Of a stretch of DNA of 37,628 bases, positions 7,742-16,834 are shown one piece after another (positions within the stretch are counted from its first letter, which is position 1; the number at the start of each line of letters is the position of its first letter). Both the position numbers and the translations under genes were made by a program. Source of the stretch: a virus; the IMG/VR virus record IMGVR_UViG_3300045988_104568, positions 1-37,628 of that record; one strand, 5' to 3'. The notes under the pieces were generated by a model that ran no database searches, had not been told where the DNA came from, and saw nothing but the letters and a program-made list of their open reading frames with translations.

Positions 7742-9994
7742 TTATGGTAACGGGATAATCCTTTTTGTCTCTTTATCTGTCGTATATCCATACTTTTTTA
7801 ATGAGTTCCACAATGTTTTTTCTGCCGGATATTTCTCTCCAACAGCTTCTGAATTACTCTTGATCTGCTCGTATAACTCTTTCACAGTCGGGTATGTATC
7901 ATGATGTTCAAACCGGAAACTTTCAATCGCCATGTCTACTTTTGCCTGTTTATTCTTTCTCTGGACCTCGCCCTGTTTCTTACGAGCTTCCTGTCCTTTT
8001 TTCCAGTTTGGCTTCTCATCTTCCGGCTGCACATCATCCAGTGCTCCTGACTGATCCGTGTGATGTATCGGATAATCGAACCACAGATTGACCGGTTTGA
8101 ACTTCGGAAACTCTCTTAAAGTTCCATCAATACGCCATGCTGTCTTCGTGTTCGTTGTGATTAAGTTTGTATCTATCTGCTTCTGCAGTTCTCGCATCTG
8201 CATAGGCGATAAGTGTTCCCTGCAGTAATTCATCATCTGCACCTGACTGCATAAATCATCCTGAGATAAATCATCTTCCCATCCAAAATGGCTATCTAAA
8301 TACGTCTGACAGGTCGCACATACTGTTTTATTCTGTTCCTGTTTGCGAAGATCGTCTGTAACATCCAGTTCAATTAAATCAAGCATGGCATCCGGATCTC
8401 TGGCGAATACTCCGGATCCTGATGCACGGTCCATGGACCTCTTGCCTCCCTGACTTCCTTTGCTGTGGTGATGACAATAAATAACTGCACATCCCAGCTC
8501 ATTGCATACTTTATCAAACTGATTACAGAAGTTTGCCATCTGATCAGCACTGTTCTCATCACCGGTAATGACCTTGTAAATCGGATCTATGATGATCGCC
8601 ATATAGTTCTTCTTTGCAGCACGTCTGATCAGCTTCGGTGCGAGCTTATCCATTGGTATTGATTTACCTCTCAGGTTCCAAATATCTATATTAGAAAGGT
8701 TCTTTGCAGACCAGCCTAATGCCTCGTATACATCTTTAAATCTATGTAAGCACGACGCTCTATCCAGCTCCAGATTCACGTATAATACACGTCCCTGACT
8801 ACAGTTCCAGCCGAACCATTTTCGTCCCTCTGCAATGGCAATACACAGCTCTATCAGCGCAAATGATTTACCCGCTTTAGACGGTCCGGCAATCAGCATC
8901 TTATGTCCCTGTCTCAGCACATTCTCAATGAGTGGTGGAGCAAGTGCTGGAAGATCATCCCAAACACTTTCCAGCGATTCTGTATCCGGCAAGTCATCAT
9001 TCATGGATTCAATCCATTCATACCATTCCTGCCAACTGGATTTTCCAATATTGGTGTCGATAATATACTGTTTCTTACCGGCTCGCATTACTCCTGGAAG
9101 TCTCGAAAGACGTGATGGATTCTTATTCTGAGTATCTATAATCAATCCATTTTTCTTACAAATGTTATATAAGTACTCCACACGTTTTCGATATTCATTA
9201 TAGTCGGCAGCTTCCACATGAACGATAGCATGCAAGCTTTTCTTTCCGGAAAATACCAGACATGCAACCGGAAGCTCTAGTTCCCGGATAATCGCATGCT
9301 GTTGTTCCAAATCCATGGCATCAGACTCGACCAATGCATAACGGAATTCTGTCACATTTTCATTTTTACATCCATTTCCATCTAATGGATTAAAGCGGAT
9401 CCACGCTCCCGCCTCTTGATTATAGTCACCAAGAACAGCGCCTATGTCGCCATTGCAATGGTTTAAAGCTTCTATCAGTTGTCCGGCAGTACGGTCCCAA
9501 CAGCCCTTCTGTGGTAACCAGCGTGTTCCTTTATCATCTGTCTTCTCCCAGCTTCCCGTTACATATCCGACATTTTCTCCTGGATCAAACAGTGTTTCCA
9601 AATACCGGGTAATCTCATTTACTGGGTCCCAGTTTCTAGGTTCATGTATTTCTTTACCTTCTACCCATGACCGATCTACCACAAGACATTCTGCACTGAT
9701 CTCATCATCCCAGCCAAGCTCATATGCTGTATATGAAGGCTTCCAGCCATGCTCCATGGCTAACTGAACAATTGTACCGGCAGTAACCGGAGAATTAGAG
9801 CCATGGAAAGTATTCCACTTTTTCTCACATTCTCCTGAATGATACCGCCGGTCATTTTTACTCCATGTATCCCATACATCTACAGAATAGCCTTCATGTT
9901 TTAATGCCATTCCCACATTCACCCAATCCTGGTAATCAAGCTCAGCCGGATTCAAATATTCAATTATTTCCTGTAAGTCTGTATGCTGTTCCAT
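7742..9994 (-). CDS. Primase-polymerase / replicative helicase fusion (PriCT-2-like N-terminus, AEP prim-pol, AAA_25 RecA-like ATPase)
   Basis: 750 aa. Motifs seen are WVNVGMALKHEGYSVDVWDTWS...KKWNTF (PriCT-2-like), VFSGKKSLHAIVHV (AEP motif) and the Walker A LIAGPSKAGKSF. Confidence 0.8.
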   Translation of the reverse strand: MEQHTDLQEIIEYLNPAELDYQDWVNVGMALKHEGYSVDVWDTWSKNDRRYHSGECEKKWNTFHGSNSPVTAGTIVQLAMEHGWKPSYTAYELGWDDEISAECLVVDRSWVEGKEIHEPRNWDPVNEITRYLETLFDPGENVGYVTGSWEKTDDKGTRWLPQKGCWDRTAGQLIEALNHCNGDIGAVLGDYNQEAGAWIRFNPLDGNGCKNENVTEFRYALVESDAMDLEQQHAIIRELELPVACLVFSGKKSLHAIVHVEAADYNEYRKRVEYLYNICKKNGLIIDTQNKNPSRLSRLPGVMRAGKKQYIIDTNIGKSSWQEWYEWIESMNDDLPDTESLESVWDDLPALAPPLIENVLRQGHKMLIAGPSKAGKSFALIELCIAIAEGRKWFGWNCSQGRVLYVNLELDRASCLHRFKDVYEALGWSAKNLSNIDIWNLRGKSIPMDKLAPKLIRRAAKKNYMAIIIDPIYKVITGDENSADQMANFCNQFDKVCNELGCAVIYCHHHSKGSQGGKRSMDRASGSGVFARDPDAMLDLIELDVTDDLRKQEQNKTVCATCQTYLDSHFGWEDDLSQDDLCSQVQMMNYCREHLSPMQMRELQKQIDTNLITTNTKTAWRIDGTLREFPKFKPVNLWFDYPIHHTDQSGALDDVQPEDEKPNWKKGQEARKKQGEVQRKNKQAKVDMAIESFRFEHHDTYPTVKELYEQIKSNSEAVGEKYPAEKTLWNSLKKYGYTTDKETKRIIPLP

Positions 9995-9996
9995 AT

Positions 9997-11583
9997 TTAT
10001 CCTCTATATTCTGCCGGAATGATACCACTTGGCACCCTCCAACCATTGCCAGCGATTCGGTCAATCATATTTTTTGCTGTTTCAAATTGCCAGGTACCCA
10101 CATGCTGGAACCCTCTGCTTTCTAAAAAACGTATCTGTTTCGGAGTTGTTAATCCCTCTCTTCTACGTTTATCTAAACGATCCAGAATCTTGGATGCTTT
10201 CCCGGCATTTTCAATTGCATCCGGAAGAATCCCTAACTTTTCAAGTGTCTTTTTTTGACCATCTGACGGTGGAGCCATCTCCCATCCAAATGCAGGCACG
10301 TATCCGGAAAGATCTTCTGCCTGAATACTCATTTCAAACTGCAGCGGATCTACCAGCCTTTTCTTGCGTCTCTTCATCTCAGAAAGCTGCTTAGCCAATG
10401 CCTCTTCTCTCTGCGCTACTACATCCTCGGATGCTGTCTTTTCCGCCTCTTCAATATCAATTACACATCCTGCATCCTTTTCCATGTTTTCTGTCATTTT
10501 CTGTGCCACCTCTGCACTCTCACAGATTAACGATGCTGGATGGCATAACTCATGCCGTTCTGTGTGCCACAGGAAGTCTAATAACAAAAGATGATCTTTA
10601 TTTGTCTCTGGTGATAATCTGGTTCCTCGTCCCACCATCTGACAATACAAGCTTCTGACTTTTGTCGGTCTTAGTACCACGATGCAATCCACACTCGGAC
10701 AATCCCAACCTTCCGTAAGCAGCATCGAATTGCAGAGTACATTGTACTGATCCTTATCAAATGCCTCTAAGATCTCTGCACGGTCCTTACTATCTCCATT
10801 TACTTCCGCAGCTTTAAACCCATGATTGTTTAATATATCCCGGAATTTCTGACTGGTCTTCACAAGTGGAAGAAACACAACCGTCTTCTTATTGCTGCAG
10901 TACTTTTCCATTTCTTCAGCAATGCTCTCCAGATATGGATCCAATGCTGTTGCAATATCACCGCTCTTGAAGTCACCGGCCTGTACTCCCACTGCAGACA
11001 TATCAATCTTAAGTGGTATCGTTACTGCTTTAATGGGAGACAGATAACCTTCTTTGATTGCTTTTGGCAAAGTATACTCATAAGCCAGACTTTCAAATAC
11101 CGTGCCAAGATTCTGCATATCTCCACGATCCGGTGTAGCAGTTACACCAAGGACTTCCGCATCCGGAAAATGTCTCAATACTTTCTGGTAACTGTCTGAA
11201 ATACAATGATGTGCTTCATCAATAATGATCGTATTGAAATAATCATTTGGAAACTGGTTCAATCTTTTCTCCCGCATCATGCTCTGCACGGATCCTACCA
11301 CAATCCGGAACCAGCTCCCCAGACATGTCTGCTCTGCTTTTTCGGTTGCGCAGCCAAGTCCTGTAGACTTACCAATTTTATCTGCAGCCTGATCCAGCAG
11401 TTCGCCTCTATGTGCCAGTATCAGGACGCGGCTTCCTCCCTTAACACATTCTTCTGCAACCTTTGCAAAGACAATTGTTTTTCCGCATCCCGTTGGCAAC
11501 ACCAGCAGCGTTTTCTTGATGCCGTTCTCCCATTCAGAGAAAATAGCATCCTTCGCCTGCTGCTGATATGGTCGGAGCTCCAT
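9997..11583 (-). CDS. SF2 DEAD/DEAH-box helicase
   Basis: 528 aa with Walker A LVLPTGCGKT, DEAH box IIIDEAHH and motif VLGVTATP. Confidence 0.85.
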   Translation of the reverse strand: MELRPYQQQAKDAIFSEWENGIKKTLLVLPTGCGKTIVFAKVAEECVKGGSRVLILAHRGELLDQAADKIGKSTGLGCATEKAEQTCLGSWFRIVVGSVQSMMREKRLNQFPNDYFNTIIIDEAHHCISDSYQKVLRHFPDAEVLGVTATPDRGDMQNLGTVFESLAYEYTLPKAIKEGYLSPIKAVTIPLKIDMSAVGVQAGDFKSGDIATALDPYLESIAEEMEKYCSNKKTVVFLPLVKTSQKFRDILNNHGFKAAEVNGDSKDRAEILEAFDKDQYNVLCNSMLLTEGWDCPSVDCIVVLRPTKVRSLYCQMVGRGTRLSPETNKDHLLLLDFLWHTERHELCHPASLICESAEVAQKMTENMEKDAGCVIDIEEAEKTASEDVVAQREEALAKQLSEMKRRKKRLVDPLQFEMSIQAEDLSGYVPAFGWEMAPPSDGQKKTLEKLGILPDAIENAGKASKILDRLDKRRREGLTTPKQIRFLESRGFQHVGTWQFETAKNMIDRIAGNGWRVPSGIIPAEYRG

Positions 11584-12027
11584 TTAAAATGATCCTGCCT
11601 TATATTCTTTTTTTGCTTTTGGGAGGAATTTCTTCACATGATTATATTTCTTATTTGGATCCTTACGGTCCGCATGCTGTTCAATGATTGCACGGCCTGT
11701 TGCTCTTGGAACAATATTCCAATTCATCTTTACTTTTCCATTCACTTCTTCTGCTCCAATAGATAAGAAGAATTCTGCAAGTTTCCACTGCATACGATCA
11801 TACAATAAAAGGCTTTCATTCATCAGACACACGCCTTCCGGAGTTTCCACTTTCACTTTTAATTCTGCTCTTGGGCATGCCGGTGCCTTATCACTTCCTT
11901 CAAAACGTCCACGTTCAAAGCTTTCGATTGTGAAATCATATTCACCTTCCGGAAGGAGCACATAATCGGCTCCTTTCTCAATTTCATCATCCCAGCCTAA
12001 CTCTCTTCCTTTTAATTCTTCACTCAT
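11584..12027 (-). CDS. DUF669-family phage protein (SSB-like accessory of Sak4 modules)
   Basis: 147 aa. It sits between the AAA_24 and helicase genes, and its N-terminus ELGWDDEIE...YVLLPEGEYDF is typical of the family. Confidence 0.6.
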   Translation of the reverse strand: MSEELKGRELGWDDEIEKGADYVLLPEGEYDFTIESFERGRFEGSDKAPACPRAELKVKVETPEGVCLMNESLLLYDRMQWKLAEFFLSIGAEEVNGKVKMNWNIVPRATGRAIIEQHADRKDPNKKYNHVKKFLPKAKKEYKAGSF

Positions 12028-12044
12028 ATATCTATACCTCCTGT

Positions 12045-13184
12045 TTATTTATCAAACGGAATATCATAATGACTCCGCATTGTTTTGATTACATCTAATA
12101 CCTGCGGCCATGCTCCGATCAGGCAGCCATCAATAAATTCCTGTGGAAGATTCTGGAACGGCGTTCCTTTTGGAAAGAACCCTCTCTGATATACCGCTTC
12201 CATAATCTCTTCTTCCGAAACCAGATTTGGATACATCAGATCTCTTAATGCTTTTGGAATATAATCTGCAATGTGGAATACGGAATCTTCCACTTTCTTT
12301 CCCGTTGATTTAAGCGGTTCTTCAACCTTGGCGCCCGTATCGAAATCAACTTTTTCATCTGTATCCTTTGGAATATTCATAAAATCATTATCTTTTACTG
12401 GTGGTTTCTGAATTTCAATCGACTTTTCTTCTTTAGGAGCCGGCACAGATTTCTTTGTTCCTTCGATAATCTCTGCAATCACAGAATAATCAAATTCACA
12501 TTCTTCTGGTAATCCGAAACGGTTCTTTGCATCCCAGCACGGATGATGCTGGGTGTACATGGTACGCTTACCGCCCTGTCCTTTATGTTTCTTACCGTCT
12601 TTCCCTACCGCTACAGAAAATGTCTTGTAATTTGCAAAAAGCAGCATATCCGCCCATTCCTTAACCAGTGGAGAAGTCTGGGACTGTGTCTTTTTTCCAA
12701 GCTTTAATTCCCAACGGTCATAAGCTCCAAGTTCATCCGGCTGTTCGAATTTCCGAAGCTGTGCATGAGCTGTCAGGACCACATTGATGCCAACCTCAAT
12801 CAGATCCGACAGCTTATTTAAGAACCGTCCGAACTCTTCTTTTGTGTAGACATATCCATTGCCATAGCCAAAATCTTCAATTCCTTTCTTGTTATGAACA
12901 GCACAAATATGTTCCACGCAAAGCAATTCTGCCCAGTCAATGGTATCGATTACCAATGTTCTGCACTCATCTGTATGCGTCTTGATATATTCGATTTCAT
13001 CAAAAAGCATGTTCCAACTGGTAGGACGTGGCAGTCTTGCCACATCCATATCGTTAGTACTTCCTTCTGTATCAATAAACACTGCTCCCGGAAATCTTGC
13101 TGCAAATGTCGATTTACCAATACCTTCAGGACCATAAATCACAACTTTTTTCGCTTTCTGAATCTTTCCTTTTGTTATCTCCAT
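12045..13184 (-). CDS. Sak4-like AAA_24 recombination ATPase with a long C-terminal extension
   Basis: The ATG at 13184 overlaps the upstream stop (TAATG). Walker A is VVIYGPEGIGKST, followed by FIDTEGS. At 379 aa it appears longer than I recall for stand-alone AAA_24 proteins. Confidence 0.75.
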   Translation of the reverse strand: MEITKGKIQKAKKVVIYGPEGIGKSTFAARFPGAVFIDTEGSTNDMDVARLPRPTSWNMLFDEIEYIKTHTDECRTLVIDTIDWAELLCVEHICAVHNKKGIEDFGYGNGYVYTKEEFGRFLNKLSDLIEVGINVVLTAHAQLRKFEQPDELGAYDRWELKLGKKTQSQTSPLVKEWADMLLFANYKTFSVAVGKDGKKHKGQGGKRTMYTQHHPCWDAKNRFGLPEECEFDYSVIAEIIEGTKKSVPAPKEEKSIEIQKPPVKDNDFMNIPKDTDEKVDFDTGAKVEEPLKSTGKKVEDSVFHIADYIPKALRDLMYPNLVSEEEIMEAVYQRGFFPKGTPFQNLPQEFIDGCLIGAWPQVLDVIKTMRSHYDIPFDK

Positions 13185-14494
13185 TAAAATACACCTGCTT
13201 TCCATGTCGGAGCTGTCTGATGTTCCGGATTTGTATTACCAGCTTCTTCGCTTTTGACATATCCATCCTCAATAATGATACTGCATTCGTCTCCGGTGCT
13301 GACTCTCGTAGCAATCGCCTGGAGTCCTTCCTGCTCCAACCACTGACCAAACTCATGCAAGGTAGCAAGATCCATCTGCTCCAGCTTGTCCAACAACACA
13401 AATCCACACTTTGGATTCAGTTTCCGGACAATCGCTGTGGATACCTTAAGTCTGTCAGAACCGGACATATTATCCCATTGCTGTCCCTTGTACACCAGCT
13501 CACCGTCTCTTACAGACAGCTCTGGAAGTGGGAGATCTGCTGCATTTAAAAGATCAGTCTTTTCATCCCTTACTGATTCAATCTTCTTTGTCAGTTCTGT
13601 ATACTGATCCTGATACGTTCTGGCATCCTCTTCCGCTTTGTCCTTGTCCAGATTTGCTCTGACTTTGCGATTGATCTCTTCGATATTAGCAATACTTTCT
13701 TCCAGTTCTGCAGTAGATTCATCCTGTAATTCTTCCACCGTCTTATAAGCAATGGTCATGTCATAATCTACCTGAGTTAACTGTTTTTTATATCTCTTCA
13801 ACTCTTCTTCCAAAGAATTTACTTTTTCTGCTAAGCGATTTCTTTCTACGTGTAAATCTACTGCCTGATCACGTTTCTTCTGATTTGCTCCGTTTCTTGC
13901 AAGAATCTCCTGCTGCTGTTTGATCAGATCTGATGGAGACACCAAATCTTTCGGAGCGTCCGGATAATACGGTTGTTCTTTTGCAAACTTTACTTTTTGA
14001 TCAGCTGTACGTCCTACATACAATCTTTCATTGTAAAGTTCTTTTTCCTGTTGCTCTAAAGCTGTCAGCTGATCACCTACACCGATAATCTTCAATAATG
14101 TCTGCGCTTTTTCTTTTCCGGAGGATTCCATAAACTTCGGAAGATCCAGCGCCAACTGTTCCACGAAATCATTAAGCAGCTGCTGTCCGCCTTTGTTCCC
14201 GTTCGGATCTGTTACCTTTAAGCTGCTGTTCTTTCCTTTGCGCTCTACAACCAAACCATTGCTCATAACAATATGTAAATTTGGCGGTATCGTTGATCCG
14301 TCTCTGGTTGCATTGGAAGGCTTATATCTATCCCCTCCGAGTGCCCAGGCAATAGAATCCAATACAGAAGTCTTCCCCTGATTGTTATTCCCACCAACGA
14401 TCGTTAATCCGTTCTTTGTCGGTTCAATCTTTACGGCTTTGATTCTCTTCACATTTTCAATTTCCAACTTATTAATCTTGATACTATCTGCCAT
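13184..14494 (-). CDS. SMC/RecF-like AAA_23 ATPase with a long coiled coil
   Basis: ATG at 14494 follows GGAGGAG. The N-terminus reads MADSIKINKLEIENVKRIKAV...GGNNNQGKTSVLDSIAWALGG, followed by a long coiled-coil middle region. Confidence 0.75.
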   Translation of the reverse strand: MADSIKINKLEIENVKRIKAVKIEPTKNGLTIVGGNNNQGKTSVLDSIAWALGGDRYKPSNATRDGSTIPPNLHIVMSNGLVVERKGKNSSLKVTDPNGNKGGQQLLNDFVEQLALDLPKFMESSGKEKAQTLLKIIGVGDQLTALEQQEKELYNERLYVGRTADQKVKFAKEQPYYPDAPKDLVSPSDLIKQQQEILARNGANQKKRDQAVDLHVERNRLAEKVNSLEEELKRYKKQLTQVDYDMTIAYKTVEELQDESTAELEESIANIEEINRKVRANLDKDKAEEDARTYQDQYTELTKKIESVRDEKTDLLNAADLPLPELSVRDGELVYKGQQWDNMSGSDRLKVSTAIVRKLNPKCGFVLLDKLEQMDLATLHEFGQWLEQEGLQAIATRVSTGDECSIIIEDGYVKSEEAGNTNPEHQTAPTWKAGVF

Positions 14495-14496
14495 CT

Positions 14497-14772
14497 CTAC
14501 TCCTCCATTACAGCTTGAACAATTTTTTCGCAAACCACTCCAAGTTCATTAATAAATTGTCCCATCTCTTTTGCCAAAGCCACATGATCCTCTGGTAATG
14601 GATCTGAACCATCCAGATGTTTGGCAACTCGGTTCGTGATGCCAGCTGCAACCATAGCATATTTATCAACATCCTCTTCCTTTGCATCTTCCGGAAGTAT
14701 CTCGAATGCTGCTGCTCCTATATATACACTCAGATCTGATATTGTAATTTCATATTTCTTTTCTTCTGCCAT
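14497..14772 (-). CDS. Hypothetical protein (about 91 aa)
   Basis: ORF with its likely start at MAEEKKYEI (ATG 14772), preceded by AAAGGGAA. Confidence 0.55.
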   Translation of the reverse strand: MAEEKKYEITISDLSVYIGAAAFEILPEDAKEEDVDKYAMVAAGITNRVAKHLDGSDPLPEDHVALAKEMGQFINELGVVCEKIVQAVMEE

Positions 14773-14809
14773 TTGACTAATTCCCTTTCTTCTCATATAA
14801 TATAGTTGA

Positions 14810-15079
14810 CTAATTTTCTGAGCGCCCGAAGCTTGCCGGCTTATACGGGTGCTCTTCTTGTTTCCACGTCAGATCAAATATCTGTCTTAACTGATCCGGC
14901 GTATAGATTTTTGCTGATGGCACCGTCACACAGCTGATCAGGTAGTTTCTCCGCACCTCTACGGTATTTGAACCCTTACTGATCGCATTTAAGTGTTCCT
15001 GAATTCTTTCCAGTTCTTTCCGGAATTCATGATCATCCATCAGCCTTGGTATCTCTTGCAATGTCCTCACCCCTTTCAC
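14810..15079 (-). CDS. Hypothetical protein (89 aa, GTG start)
   Basis: ORF whose GTG start overlaps the stop of the upstream micro-ORF (GTGA). Confidence 0.5.
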   Translation of the reverse strand: MKGVRTLQEIPRLMDDHEFRKELERIQEHLNAISKGSNTVEVRRNYLISCVTVPSAKIYTPDQLRQIFDLTWKQEEHPYKPASFGRSEN

Positions 15080-15204
15080 TTTGCAAACAACCAGATAAAT
15101 AACACTGCATCGAATGCAAGTCCGATTGTTCCGCCAATCAGCAGCTCAAACACCACTTCCCGGACGATTCTCTGCCATTTTGTTCTTGGTCCTCTTCTTT
15201 TCAT
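15076..15204 (-). CDS. 42-aa membrane microprotein
   Basis: ATG at 15204 follows GGGAGG. Translation is MKRRGPRTKWQRIVREVVFELLIGGTIGLAFDAVLFIWLFAK, a basic N-terminus followed by one TM helix. Confidence 0.45.
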   Translation of the reverse strand: MKRRGPRTKWQRIVREVVFELLIGGTIGLAFDAVLFIWLFAK

Positions 15205-15225
15205 GCTTGTCCTCCCTTCTACCGC

Positions 15226-15324
15226 CTAAGCGGTTTTCTCAATGGTATAGGTGATTTCCACCTTTTCCTGTTCCTCCAGTAAAGATATCAACACCTCAAT
15301 GATTTTTTTCATATCCGGTTCCAT
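15226..15324 (-). CDS. 32-aa microprotein
   Basis: ATG at 15324 lies 5 nt after AGGTGG. Translation is MEPDMKKIIEVLISLLEEQEKVEITYTIEKTA. Confidence 0.35.
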   Translation of the reverse strand: MEPDMKKIIEVLISLLEEQEKVEITYTIEKTA

Positions 15325-15389
15325 ACTCGCCACCTGCTTTCTATCTCCTTGGTTTATGTTTATGTATCACTGTTTGTACTTGTTGCATC

Positions 15390-15791
15390 TTAATCTTCAA
15401 TATGAATCGCACGATCGGCTATTGCAACTGCTCGTATGTACGGTGAAATCTTTCTACCAATAATTCCTGGTAATTCTACAGGGTGCTTCATACACTTTCC
15501 GCACGCCGGACAGTAATTTGCTTTTTCTGGAAGTCCCACGAAGCATGCCGGACATAAGCGTTTCTTTTTTCTCGTTTTTTCTAATACTTCTTTTGATGAT
15601 TCACCTTCTCTTCCATCCGCATTTTTTGTCGTTAATCTTGGAAGTGTACGCACATCCATCTTTAAAGTCAGCTCTGGAAACATCCTTCCCTCTTCGTGCA
15701 CAAGATTAAAACTGGTGATGCCTCTTAACATCATTCCATCCAAAAATATGTGACCATCTTTAATTTCCAACTGGTGTAAATCTCTATTCAT
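15390..15791 (-). CDS. Zinc-ribbon-containing early protein
   Basis: 133 aa containing CPACFVGLPEKANYCPACG. Confidence 0.6.
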   Translation of the reverse strand: MNRDLHQLEIKDGHIFLDGMMLRGITSFNLVHEEGRMFPELTLKMDVRTLPRLTTKNADGREGESSKEVLEKTRKKKRLCPACFVGLPEKANYCPACGKCMKHPVELPGIIGRKISPYIRAVAIADRAIHIED

Positions 15792-15810
15792 GCTCTTCTC
15801 CTCTCTTCTG

Positions 15811-15839
15811 TTGCATCTTCCTTCAATCTCTCCTATACT
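15811..15839 (+). promoter_or_regulatory. Sigma70-like promoter for the plus-strand orphan gene
   Basis: TTGCAT (15811-15816), a 17-nt spacer, then TATACT (15834-15839). Confidence 0.5.
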
Positions 15840-15887
15840 CTAAATACAAGCACTGCCATGCTGAGTATTTATGAAAGGAGATTTTTT

Positions 15888-16307
15888 ATGGGACATCAAA
15901 TTGATTGGAGCGCTACCGCTGCTTGGATTGCTCTGGCCATTTCTATTATCAGTCCTGCAATCACAACCATTCTTACTAACCGCCATCAGCTCAAGCTACG
16001 AGAGCTCGATATTCAAGAGAAGCATTCCAGTACATACAATGCCGCTCGAGCCGCAACCATCGAGGATTTTATTTCTAAAGTCGGTAAATGCATTTCACAT
16101 CCAACTACTAATACCTGTAAAGAATGTGCCGAAAGCTTTTTCCACATATATGCCTATACCCCACAGTCTTTATGGCCGTTTTTAGATGATTTAAATGACA
16201 AAATCGAATCTGACGACTTTGCTGGCGCTCATGAACTCTTCAATGGAATTGCTAAGTCATTAGCCTGCTTATTAAAAGGAGAACCGCTAATACTTCCATC
16301 AGAATAG
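15888..16307 (+). CDS. Membrane-anchored protein of unknown function, antisense-oriented inside the early lytic operon
   Basis: ATG at 15888 follows AAAGGAG. The N-terminal TM helix is AAWIALAISIISPAITTIL, followed by about 100 soluble residues. Confidence 0.65.
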   Translation: MGHQIDWSATAAWIALAISIISPAITTILTNRHQLKLRELDIQEKHSSTYNAARAATIEDFISKVGKCISHPTTNTCKECAESFFHIYAYTPQSLWPFLDDLNDKIESDDFAGAHELFNGIAKSLACLLKGEPLILPSE

Positions 16308-16425
16308 TCCATACTATCAGAAGCTTCCAATCCGGGAGCTTCATCTTATATTCAATTACCCCGCATATTATTGCTATGAATGTTACTATCAAAAAGCAAA
16401 TAACATTTATATTCACTTCTGCTCT

Positions 16426-16650
16426 CTACTCCCTCCTTTCTTCTGAACCTGTTTCATCCGTTGCAAATAAGTAATCTAATGTTTTGTCTGGAAATGCTTT
16501 TCGCTTGATTTCTACACATTCTTTTAATGAAAGTGTACTTTTTCCGTTCATCTTGAATGATAACGTTGTTGGTGTAATTCCCAGAATTTCAGCAAGTTTT
16601 ACTTGCGTCACTTTATTTCTTGCCATCTCGGCTTCTAAATTCGGAAACAC
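16426..16650 (-). CDS. Cro-like XRE-family HTH regulator
   Basis: GTG at 16650 follows GAGGTGAG. Translation is (M)FPNLEAEMARNKVTQVKLAEILGITPTTLSFKMNGKS.... It is divergent from the CI-like gene. Confidence 0.75.
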   Translation of the reverse strand: MFPNLEAEMARNKVTQVKLAEILGITPTTLSFKMNGKSTLSLKECVEIKRKAFPDKTLDYLFATDETGSEERRE

Positions 16651-16661
16651 TTTCTCACCTC

Positions 16662-16790
16662 TTTTCTCGATTTTTCGTGATTGTACTTTAAAGTATATAC
16701 GAATTTTCGAGAATGTCAACCTGTTTTTCTCGATTTTTTGAGATTTTTATTTTATTTTCGGTGACATTATATTGATTTTTCGAGATTTTA
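16662..16790. promoter_or_regulatory. Operator array of the genetic switch
   Basis: The 6-bp core TCTCGA/TCGAGA sits in T-tracts at 16665-70, 16707-12, 16728-33 and 16780-85. Degenerate copies are TCGTGA at 16675-80 and TTGAGA at 16738-43. The 19-20-nt units TTTTCTCGATTTTTCGTGA and TTTTCTCGATTTTTTGAGA recur 63 nt apart. Confidence 0.6.
16692..16719 (-). promoter_or_regulatory. Early lytic (cro) promoter
   Basis: The minus strand reads TTGACA (16719..16714), a 16-nt spacer, then TATACT (16697..16692). The spacer contains the operator-like TCGAGA core. Confidence 0.55.
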
Positions 16791-16800
16791 ATGCTATTAT
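16772..16800 (+). promoter_or_regulatory. Lysogenic (CI-like repressor) promoter
   Basis: TTGATT (16772-77), a 17-nt spacer, then TATTAT (16795-16800). The spacer contains TTTTCGAGA. Confidence 0.5.
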
Positions 16801-16834
16801 CAAATCATCAACTGAAGAAAGGAGTTAACTTTAC

